Below, one piece after another: positions 38,598-49,330 of a DNA stretch of 64,000 nt. Made by a program: the position numbers and the translations under genes. The notes under the pieces were generated by a model, which made no database searches, was not told the DNA's origin, and saw only the letters and a list, made by a program, of their open reading frames with translations. The stretch is from Raillietiella orientalis. Its lineage: Eukaryota. Location of the stretch: assembly GCA_036172245.1 (NCBI GenBank), contig JAYWIR010000002.1, positions 1-64,000 of the forward strand, read 5' to 3'. The stretch's first letter is position 1, and each line of letters opens with the position of its first letter.

Positions 38598-38745
38598 ATG
38601 GTAGCGTATGGGATGATCAACAACTTTCTGGGCATAGATCTATCAAAAGATCGCTTTGATGTTTGTCTCTCATTCATAAGTAAAAAAGGTAAACGTGAAA
38701 CTAGGAAAAGGAGCTTTAAGAACGATGATAGTGGGTTTCAAGGCT
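38598..38745 (+). pseudogene. IS110 recombinase N-terminal fragment (RuvC-like DEDD domain, first Asp)
   Basis: MVAYGMINNFLGIDLSKDRFDVCLSFISKKGKRETRKRSFKNDDSGFQG matches the IS110 motifs GID.SK..(F/L)DV and F.N...G. Too short to appear in the ORF track. Confidence 0.88.
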
Positions 38746-38777
38746 CCTTTGATTATTACTGACTATTATGAGAAGAG

Positions 38778-38893
38778 CTATAAAATCATCTCTGACAGAT
38801 ACAGAAATAGACGAAAACATTTTGGTTTAAGATTTAATTTGATTGCTGCTGTTCACAATTCTGAGCTCCCTATATGAATTTTGAAACAAGTCC
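38778..38893 (+). pseudogene. IS5-superfamily (ISL2-like) transposase C-terminus with probable right terminal repeat
   Basis: YKIISDRYRNRRKHFGLRFNLIAAVHNSEL* matches KI..DRYRNRRKRFGLRFNLIA.IYN.EL. It is followed by TTTTGAAACAAGTC. Confidence 0.75.
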
Positions 38894-38894
38894 A

Positions 38895-39025
38895 TTAACA
38901 GAGTCTTTTGGCTGCCATTTGCTCTATCTTCCAACATATTCACCAGATTTGAATTCTGTAGAACACTGTTGGCATAGCATCAAAAGTCGCCTCAGACCTC
39001 TAATGCATCAACACACAGATTTACA
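38895..39025 (+). pseudogene. IS630-family transposase C-terminal fragment (catalytic Glu region)
   Basis: FGCHLLYLPTYSPDLNSVEHCWHSIK matches LP.YSPDLNPIE..W. It lies on the opposite strand to the other IS630 piece. Confidence 0.88.
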
Positions 39026-40181
39026 TGCTTCCTAGTAAAGATGCAGTAGGAGAAAATCTGCTATTATCATTAATTCCAAGCAAAGGTTCGGCAGTTTTTA
39101 ACCCCAAAGCAAGTGAACTCGCACAGTTCCACCTGAGGAGCAGCGTGGCAATGCAAGACCGCAGATAAGGCGAGTGCTTCTGCTCCTTACTTTCATGACA
39201 TCAAAGTATTCGCCCTTAAGGTGACTTGTCTCCCAAAATTTCTACCTGCTCACAGAATCTTACGGGATCTTCCCAAGAAACCCTTCTTATAAAATAGAGG
39301 CTGCCTCGGAATTGCTCTGGTCAGATTACGAAAGTGAGAAGAAATTTGGACGGTCATATAAATTGCTGATTCGGGGAGGTTGAATGTATCACCTGCCAGC
39401 ATACCCTCGAGTATGTCTCCAAGTATTTTCATTAGTTGGCCTATGCTTCTCACAGGCTGATTCAATGATTGTTTCACAAAGTTCTGTGTCCTTTGAAACC
39501 AAAAACTAACGATTATGGAAAGTTTGACTAGGAATGAAAAATAGAATTAGTTTTCGCGTAAAATTGAAACAAAAGCTTTAGATTCGGTTGACGTCATGAC
39601 GCTGATTCACCTCTCAACAGAGAACGATTTGCCTCTTCCGTTTCACGCTACGTCGAAGTAATGAATTCCCAGCTTCCTAATGATAAACCTTGCAATAAAC
39701 AAAAAATCCACTTGACCAAACTTCCACCCAGTTTGGAAGGCAATGCTTGCGTGTATTACACAATTATCATCAGGTAAAAGAAAAGAAAAAAAATCCACAT
39801 AAACACTGACAAAAGCTAAATTATTTTTAAACGAACGTTTTCCATCTTTTCTTTTGCAAATGCTGAGACTAAAATGTCAATGCTCTTCACAATGCATTTT
39901 GTAATAGAAATACTAGATTTAAGCATGATACTTGCAACTGATGAAAGCTAAATACTGTTGCTCAAAACGCATCGCAAATGTTGGTATGCCTGCATAAAAA
40001 GATTGTAACGCGGCAAATGTCTATCAGCAGTTGCTGGAAATTTCCTGCAGATATTTATTATTATTCCTTGCATTTCAATATACCCTTGAAAAAAATTCCT
40101 TTATAAGTAATATCAAATGATAGCAACTGAACATATAAAACAATAATCCTTTATTAACATGGGCATTAATATTTGCAATGC

Positions 40182-43100
40182 TTACTCTAGAGCAGAATCT
40201 TTAGGTTTTTTACTTACTTCATCCGATTTAGTCACAGGGATAGGACAATTAACATTTGCATCAGCAGATTTGGCATGAACTTTTGTTTTGGACTTTGACT
40301 GAAAGGTATTTTTTTTGTTCAATGCCTGCAATCCAGAAGGACCAGTTTTATCATAAGCAAGTGGGCGAGCTTTTGCTGAATTTTTTATTGAAACGGGGCA
40401 TGCTCGGTTTGTGCTACTGGTTGGCATATGCCTTTTCACAGGCTCCTGAGAATTAGAAACCGGACAACCAGAAATGTTACGCTTTAGTGGCGGATTTTGG
40501 TCATTGCTGGATAATTTTTTAGCACCGTGTAAAACGCTTGATGCAGATGCCCCACTATGTTTAGTGGCTGTAGAAACTACCTTTGCAGGCTGACTAGATG
40601 CAACTGGTTTTTTACCAGGTATTTTTAAATCTTTTGTTTGTTCCCGTTTACATGTTTGAGCTGTAGTTGAAGACCTTGCAGGAGACTGTTTACTCTTTCT
40701 GATTTTATTTTTTGCATCTGTAGATTCTTTGGACAGGGGTTCCACTTTTGGTTTTCTATGTGATACAGCCAATTGTTCCTTATTCTTATGAACTACTGTT
40801 TGTTGCTTCACATCCACATGATGTTTAGACTCTGAAGTACTTCCTTTATTTTTCAGTCTGTCAATACCAGGTTGCCTCTTCTGACAAGCTGCAGAAGCTT
40901 TTGCTTGACCTGACTGCCCTTTTGGAAGCACAGGTGAATGCCTTTTGTTTCCCTTAATTATTTCAGTTTCTTTGGCTGACACCTTCCCTAAAACTGCATC
41001 CTTTCGAAGATGCTGTATATCTTCTTCCACTAGTTGCAGCACATCATCCTCAAGCTTCTGATTATCCTTCTTCCCCACAGTATAGACTTCCTTTCTCACA
41101 CAAGGAGGCTCATCAGCTACTGGACCCTTAGGAGGATCTTTCATTTTGACAATAACATCTTCATGCACTTCCTTAGGGAGAGAGACAGTAGGTTCTTTGC
41201 TCCCAGAAGGATCATTTGAACCTGCATCCTTGGGCTCAGTATCAGAAAAATCTTTTTTATTACATACACCTTTTCCATGGCTGTCTTTTCCCTTTAACTC
41301 TTTAGAATCGTCATAATGTGGTTCCTTGCCATCATTTAGAGGAGTCTGATCTTGACTTTTATCTTCAGCTAATCTTCTTGGAAGTTCAGGATTAACCACA
41401 TTTGGAGTAGGATCCTGTTTATTTGATAGCTTGTCTTCTGAAGGTGACAACACATCTTGTTTTTCTTCTGTTGTATGTTTTCTCTTTTCATCCTTTCCAA
41501 ATGAATGCACATTGTCAGCTGCATTGCATTTTTCTTGGGATTCATCATCATCACTCTTTTTGTCCTTTTTCAAGACAAATTCTTGATTCAGAAAATCTTG
41601 GTTTAATGATTCTCTCAAAGAATTGATGTCTATGAACTGTTTACGATTGATGTTTTGTTCTTTTTCAGAAAAACACGACTGATTTTTTGGATTTTTGTCA
41701 TCTTTTCTAACAATATCATATGAATGAATTACCTCTGCCTGTTTTGATGCAAACGAGAAATCCAAAAACTTGTTCATTCCAGATTCTGTTTTGAGAGTTA
41801 CAGGAAGTTCAGGCTTGGGAATTACAGGGAGTTCAGGCTTGGGAGTTACAGAGAGTTCAGGCTTAGGAATTACAGGGAGTTCAGGCTTGGGGGTTATGGG
41901 GAATTGAAGCTTGGGAGTTACAGGGAGTTCAGGCTTGGGAGTTATGGGGAATTGAAGCTTGGGAGTTACAGGAAGTTCAGGCTTGGGAGTTACAGGGAGT
42001 TCAGGTTTGGGAGTTACAGGGAGTTCAGGCTTGGGAGTTACAGGGAGTTCAGGTTTGGGAGTTACAGGGAGTTCAGGTTTGGGAGTTACAGGGAGTTCAG
42101 GTGTGGGAGTTACAGGGAGTTCAGGCTGGGGGGTTACAGGGAGTTCAGGCTGGGGGGTTACAGGGAGTTCAGGCTGGAGAGTTACAGAGAGTTCAGGCTT
42201 GGGAGTTACAGGGACTTCAGGCTTGGGAGTTAAAGGAATTTCTTCCTTGGAAGTTCCAGGGAATTCTGGCTTCAAAATCGATGGGGGCTCCACTTGAGTG
42301 CTTCCAAGTTTGCCCAAATTTTGTGTTAGTGAATTATTGTTAACTAAATGGACATTGTCTTCATAAGGGGAATAAAAAGACGTAGTTTCTTCTAATGCAT
42401 GGGCATTATCCACTCCAGTCACAGAAGATTTAGTCAAAAGTGGTTCTGATTTTGGATTCACTGATGCAACTTCTTTCTTATCTTCTTGATTTGCAAAGTC
42501 TTGCACTCGTTTATCTAAACCAGAAAAATTTTCAGGTTGACCAATTTCTTCCTCTGGAAGTAACAGAATACTGCTTCCTTGCTTCATACTGCAATATTTC
42601 CAGTCATCATCAGAATCATCAACAGCTTCTTCCACTAATCCTTCAGGCATCTCATCTGATGCTACTAGAAGTCGTATACTTCCTAAAATGAATGTGATAT
42701 ACTTACAAGCAGATTTATTATCTGTACCTTCATTGTCATACGAGTCATCAGCTAAATTGTATTTACTGTCAAATGTACTGACATCACCATAATTACTTGG
42801 AAGATCCTTACTCATGGCTACCTTCTTGGATGCAAAAGGATCTATAAGAACTACTACTTTTGAAGTGTTTTTATTCTTGACTCGAATATTTTGAGGATGA
42901 TTAAGATATACAACTATCACAGTAATATTGTCTTGTGACCCCTTGCAAATGGCTGTTTTCACCAATTCTGCACTAGCACTGTACCACTGGTCTAGAAGAG
43001 AAAAAAAAAATTACAGCGCTCCCGATACAAATGAACCTTCCTTGTTGTGTCACACGTACACTCAACTTGATTACTGAATTTTAATTTTAAAACTTGCGCA

Positions 43101-46100
43101 CAAGGCTTTTGAAACTAGCACACTACATTGGCACAGGGTTGTTAACACTGCGCTGAAACATCATGAAATACTGGTTTGAACGGTGTGAGAATTATTACGC
43201 ATACTCAATTCTGGTAAATTTTGTTAGTAAGCGATCGAATTTCTCAGAAACTGGAAAACCTTCACACTTCACGTTTTTGCACTGCGCATTCATGCCACAC
43301 ACACGAGCGCAACTTCTCACCTTCAAACTATTGGCAAATACTCAAACAAAACGGATTTCCGCATCGAATATCTTAAACAGTTTTCTAATAATAATACAAT
43401 GCCTAACCTGATGCCTGTTAGTACTCATTAATAAAACAGGTTACGAACTAATTGGCGCATTTCAGCACAATACTGCAATAGATGAATACACAAAAAAGAA
43501 ACATCCAAGACGCAACGCACGCAAAAAAAAAAAAAAAAAACGATACAGATAAAGGCATGTTTTGGGACCACACCCGATCACGCGAAATGCTGCAACCACA
43601 CTCGGAAATGCACGGCTACATTCAAACATCACGCTCATAAATTTTGAACTGCCGACACAAGCTGCAGCTCGACAAGGCAAAAACTCTTAGGCACGCAAAA
43701 ACACCCACTGCTGAGGAAAGCTTCGCTGGTCACGCATAACGATTAACATCCAATAACACGTCGGGGCACAAGAAACCACCCGCAACCAAAAGAAAGAAAG
43801 AAGGGGAAAAAAAACACAGGCGATGACTAGAACACATGCACGCGTTATGACAGGGACCGTCTTGGGAACTCCCTGCAGTCAATTTGCTGGCGGTTCGGGA
43901 GTCGCAAGGAGAGAGCACCAGGAGCAGTGTGGGCAACCGAGATCGAGCAGCAGGGAAAGTCATATCGACAAAACCGAAGATGCCCACGCAGTGAGGAATC
44001 TCAAATCGCCACCGGGTGGTGGTAGGCAAATGAACAGGCCCTTTCAAGTTGCTGGGGAGAGTAAACACTCGGGAAAACAAGGGCAGAAGTACACAAACCG
44101 GTAATATTTGTCATGTTGTGATTCCTACTGCGCACACGAAACCTTTTCCGAGTTAAAACAACCCGGAACGTGCCGAGATGATGCTACATTGAAATTTGGA
44201 ACCCATGTATACACAAATAGGAGTAACACTTCATGGAAAGGCAGCAATACTTGAACTAAAAACTTTGATAATCATATCTGCAAAAGATTTATGCTTCCTC
44301 TGCAAGTACGGTAAATGGGAAAGACCCTGCTGACAAATTACTGATTTCGGGATACAGAATCAAACTAAGACCCAACACGGCAGTTCAATGTTTTAAATCG
44401 TTCTCACCATAGTGGTTTATTAAAGTTGAATTCATCAATCAGAATTGGATTCGGAGAAATCCCAAAACAAACAAATTACGGATTTCAAAATTTGCTAAAA
44501 CGAACACAATTGATTATATTTAAAATTAGGTTTAATTGTGTCTGGATAACAATATGAATACGAAAGAAAATATAAAACATACATCTGAAAATTCATACTG
44601 GCACAAAAGCAAAAACTACATATTTTCCAGTGAATCAATTTTCTGGAACCAAGTACTTACCTGGTGTGTCCTTCACAAGTGAATTTACCAGTTGTGCTGC
44701 CTCTGCTGCTTTTACAGAATCCCAAAGGCCATCACATGCCAAAATAAGAAAATCTTCATCACCATCAAGATGAATCATGCGAACATCTGGCTCCGCAATA
44801 ATATATGGCTTATATCTCACATCGCCTGAGAAAGTGTTAGGAAGAAAAAAACAAAAAAATGATAGGATACTCAACCAAACCTTGTGGAAAAATACCGAAC
44901 AAATCTACATTTTTTTTACTTTTCCTTAGAGCATGTGCCCCCCCATTACTTTAAAAGCATATGTTTCATATAGATGTTCCTTTGAACAACATGCACTGCA
45001 ACTCAGCATTCAAATAGCAGGTTTATGTGCAACTGATTTCTTCATATACCACCAAAGTTTCGCATTAAAATAGAAAAATTAACTTGAATTTTCATTGTTT
45101 TGACATGCACTTGTGATGAGAATCAAACAAAATCCCACAATTTATACTTTTACTGAAGTTCTTCATATAATATATTGAAGACATGAAAGAAAACTGAATG
45201 ATCAACACATTTAATTTCACCCTAATGGCAATGTATGTTATATTAAACACATTACATTTACTCACCAATAGCACGTGATATAGATAGATATCCATTGACT
45301 CTTAATTCTCCAACATTAAATGAAACAAAACCACCTTGATCAACAATCCTGTTCTTTTCTCTCTTAAAATTTTAATTAGAAAACACAAAACTTCACAAAT
45401 TACCTCCTCAGTTGGTTTGTGTGGCTTTACAATTTGATAAGATAAACCTTGTTTCACCAAAGCAGCTTGTGAATCCCCCAGCCAAGCAATGTATAGTATT
45501 TTATCCCGTATCATAGCTACTACTGCTGTTGTGCCACCTCTTAACGTCTATAATACAGAGTACAAGATTTTTGTAATGCTTGATACTCACCTGCTCCTCA
45601 CTCTTGCTTAAAAAGACTTCATCAGTCATAAGAAAGCCATCCCGTATGGCATCAGGAAGATGATGCTTAAAATTGGGACTGCGTACAATATGAGCATGAA
45701 GGTGAGCAGCTGAATAACATGCAGCATCAATACCTGCATGCCCATCAAATATAGCATAATAACTAGTTGGAGAACAATCCTATAGCATGCAGACTTTTAG
45801 TCCCACCATGAGATTTTAGATATTACCTTCACATTCATTAAGCATCCTAAATCTTCAATTATCACATGTTCATCTTCCATTTTGAAGCGATGATTACGAA
45901 CAGCATAAGATGTTGCCAACATAAAAGGTTCTGGAACTTTCACATCCTTTAAAGACTGTAGAAATTCACTATCATGCAAAAGCTCTTCTGTCATTGTTCT
46001 TACCACCTGTACTAATGCACATGGCTTATAACCTGCTGGCAATGAAACCTATACACTGGTCAACTCTTACCCATGTCAGAAAGTTCAAAGGAATAAGAAC

Positions 46101-49079
46101 TTTGAATGGAATTTTTCCGAAGGATTTCAGCACTAATCATCTGAGCCAATTGATACAAATATGTTAAAGAGCAATCTCTGAAAAACAAAACACTACAACT
46201 GGAAATTGTTCTCTTGAAATCTGTAGATTCAATACTGATCCTAGACTCAAGCTTATTATAAACATTTTCGATTTTTTAACTTTTATACAAACTCCAGAAA
46301 CATTTCACTAACCAAAACACCCAAAGAGTTCCAGTAGTTTGGTAAGAAAGCATGTTAAAAAACAATGGTTTCCAAAATTTCAATTGTTTTAACAGTTTTT
46401 GTAATACTAACATATCTTTTTCTTAAATCCATAAAGCAAACTGAGATATTATTTCCTTTACATTATTATTTTAAATTCTGCTATAACTTTCCCACAGGAA
46501 AACAGTCTGCTGCTTTAAGCTTCAGAGTCAAGCAAGTCATGCCTCCTTAATAAAGTCTTCTCGTGACCAAAACTGATGAAGCTGTAATTTTGATCACTAC
46601 CTTACACTAACAAATGTTGAAAGTTTCGCAATCATGTATAGTATTAATATTATCCAGAAATGAAAAATACTTCCTATAAAAAGTAATGTCCTTCCCATAT
46701 ATTTTGCACTTTATGCTGAATTTTTGAAAATATTAAAAGATTGAATGATGAATGAATAAAAACAGTTGAAAAATGTAAAGCATTTCACTTAGGGGGTGAG
46801 ACATCACAAGTTCCATGTATTAACTGAGTTCCTCACTATAACTCAAGAATTAAAATACCCTAAAATTCATCAAACCAATTATGAAACTTAAACAGTTCAT
46901 CAAATTGCTTTAGAGGCGCGTAAAATCTTCAAACTTCTATCCATGTTTTTTTGGGGAAAAACTAAAACAGCCAATTGTACAGCTATAGTCTGACACAAAC
47001 AAATACTAATTTATGATAAAAATTAGTCAAAACAAATTAACAGTAAATCTACCATGCAATGACATTTCTGAATTGGTGCATTAACCATAGTCTTCCATTT
47101 GGGAAGACACTGCTATTGGAGACAAATACAGATAAATATTGTGTGTGAATCAAACACTGAATGCTGCAAAGTACAATTCAGCATATGAGCATTATGTATG
47201 TTATGTAAGAGCACTAAAGGAACAAAAATCACATATCACTGTAGAAAAATTTCTGCTATCAAGTGGTAAAATTTCACTTTGGCAGATTGAAATTTAAGAT
47301 CTATTACCGAATTCGGAATACAGAAGTTACAAACACTCAACAAATCAACCCAAACCAATTTGAATGGCCTTCAAAAAAAAAATTGAATTGCAGTTTGATT
47401 ACTAACAGAAGATGAGTGAGAATATTCGGTGAGTGAGCTTTGAGAACTGAAACGTGGAAATTCCTTTTACAAACACATATGTACGATCAAAACTCGAATA
47501 GAGGTGCTTAATCATGAATTTTTATCAACAAAAAAATCCCTCAAGAGAAATTTTGATTGCTAGCAATGCCAAGCAGCAGTTCATTTGAGACTATGTATTC
47601 CTCATATCCATTGGAATGATCATAGCAATTGATTTCTTTCATTGAAAGTCCTCAATAACATTTTCATGTTAATCTGTCTGACAATCTGATAGACAAGAAA
47701 ATGTACGAATTAATACTTTGCATATTGTTTCACAAAATGGAGAAACATTGGCAATGGTAAGAAAAACACATACAGATACCCCATCAGCTCTCCTACAGCC
47801 ACCAGTTTCTCCTTTTGTTTTACTTTACTTAAAGGAATTATTCAATGTACTTTCTATTTTTCATTTCTTATTTTTTATTTGTTTTCATAACAAAAAATAA
47901 GAATGTAATAAACGTATGTCATGGAACTGAATCAGACTATGTAATGTTAGTATAATTAAATTGAGTGTGGTCGTGAATGCTTAGTGTTTTGCTCATTTCA
48001 GGCTACTGAATTCACAAATGATCAATTTTTTAATAACATATGCTGTCACATTTTATTGCATCTGATAAGTTTTACAAATAATTCTTTAATTTTTGATGCA
48101 GTCATCATCTTGCAAAAAATTTTATAACCAATATGCACTTATACAACCATTTCTTTGGATTACCATCGAAGTTCCCTATCATTCTAAAGAAAAATTGCAC
48201 CATGTTAAAGCATTTCATTCTTGGTTTCATTAATATTATCCTCATGCACAGAATTCACACGTCGTGTCCTAAATATTTCCAATGTGCAAGGGAAAAATGA
48301 ACAAAATCTGAATCATTCCAAAAATTTCAAATAATGAAAAACAATTTACACCCAAACTTAACACAAGACATTGGTTAAATAATATAAACTTTATTTCTAT
48401 ATTAAAAAAATATATATAAACAAGAAAATCTAAAACATGAGCAATGCCCTGAATGCTAACCAGGCAGATGTGCAAGTACAAGTTGGTGGAATCATACTAT
48501 AGCAGTAACCTGCCATACTGGGATCAGAATTGGCATTGCAGTGCTTTACTGTTGCTCATAACAAGGTTGGGAAAAGCAAAGAAATTATTTTATCATTAAA
48601 CTATTTTCAATGTACAAATGAATAAACAGCTTATAACATATCTCAAAAATTCATGAGAATTCTGGAAATTCCATGTGATGCAATGACTCGCATTTTTTCA
48701 ACTTACAAAATAAGCGCATGTACAGGTTGGGACTACATTTCGATTCTGCGGTTGACTAAAGGAAAACTGTGACCTTTATACAAATGCCTTAGGCATGTAA
48801 GATGATTTTATGTCATTTGGCTGATTTATTGGAACAAAATGACTTTGTAGGATCCAATAGGACATACATATTTGGTCCTTAGTGAGTATAAACATATCCT
48901 TTGATAAATACATTCTACTTTGACAGCAACGTTACTTACGCTCCTATTAAATGCTTCAATACTGCAGATCTAACTTCTGCATCCAGTTCTTCATGCTTTA
49001 CATAATAATTGAGTGATACAGGAAAAGAGACTTTCCTCGTCTTGCTTAGGGAATCCTCGGATTTATTGAATATTTCCAT
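40182..49079 (-). CDS. PP2C/PPM-family protein phosphatase, PPM1E/F-like, with a ~900-aa low-complexity C-terminal tail
   Basis: Exons 49079-48940, 46177-46071, 46032-45827, 45779-45591, 45547-45404, 45362-45266, 44825-44661, 42991-40182, with a probable extra intron at 42706-42665. All phases are consistent (3858 nt with that intron retained). Motifs: RFKMEDEH, FDGHAG, GGTTA, AWLGDS, RVNG..SRAIGD, LACDGLWD, GSQDNITV. Confidence 0.92.
41790..42245 (-). repeat. Coding 24-bp minisatellite, 19 units, encoding (PELPVTPK)n
   Basis: Tandem TTGGGAGTTACAGGGAGTTCAGGC-like units on the + strand; 456 bp = 19 x 24. Confidence 0.97.
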
Positions 49080-49129
49080 TACGTTCTATCAGTTGCTGCA
49101 GTTTTTGAATGAAATAATTCTTGGCTAGG

Positions 49130-49330
49130 ATGATTTCGCATGGCTGCAACCCAACGTACCGGGCAACAAGGCCGCTGGTGCGGAGAGACCCGAAACAGAG
49201 CACGATGTGCGCCCACTTGGGGTGACCAGCACTTCAAAACTCACAATGCTACAAAAACTCAACCACCAATAGTTCCCATATCGCGATAAGTACGTAAGCA
49301 ATCTTTCAACTGATAAACCGTCGTAATATT
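49130..49330. promoter_or_regulatory. CpG-rich patch just upstream of the PP2C start; candidate promoter
   Basis: Local cluster of CG dinucleotides in otherwise CpG-poor DNA between the divergent PP2C and SH2B genes. Confidence 0.35.

Larger units (their letters stand above)
38404..38745 (+). mobile_element. IS110-family (IS621-like) element: CT core, non-coding left end and 5' part of the recombinase gene; truncated
   Basis: Junction CT|TGTATATT, a ~190-nt structured non-coding leader, then the DEDD recombinase N-terminus. Confidence 0.85.
37312..39039. other. Nuclear insertion of Wolbachia-like bacterial DNA (nuwt), ~1.7 kb, flanked by the 14-bp direct repeat TGCTTCCTAGTAAA
   Basis: Intronless bacterial gene fragments (purK, IS630, IS110, IS5) lie between spliced eukaryotic genes. 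Identical 14-mers occur at 37312-37325 and 39026-39039. The genus call is from recalled similarity of the PurK, IS and repeat sequences. Confidence 0.8.

Noticed and set aside
38404-38745. Idea that the IS110 itself transposed into the host chromosome
   Set aside because: Its left flank is bacterial-type repeat DNA matching its guide, the right end is missing, and the host 14-bp duplication does not match the guides. It arrived passively inside the transferred fragment.
39250-39530. Possible minus-strand exon(s) after a strong acceptor near 39528, including ORF 39250..39477
   Set aside because: Several mutually incompatible splice models fit and no protein is recognisable; it needs transcript data.
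41790-42343. 24-bp tandem repeats as a CRISPR array; + strand ORFs (GSYREFR)n, (GVTGSSGL)n and (ELQGVQA)n
   Set aside because: Units are head-to-tail with no unique spacers and lie in frame in the phosphatase exon. The + strand ORFs are antisense shadows.
46033-46049. Phase-0 acceptor at 46049 for the third PP2C exon
   Set aside because: It would require a 22-bp intron and the wrong phase. The CAGCAG acceptor fits the phase-1 donor at 46070.
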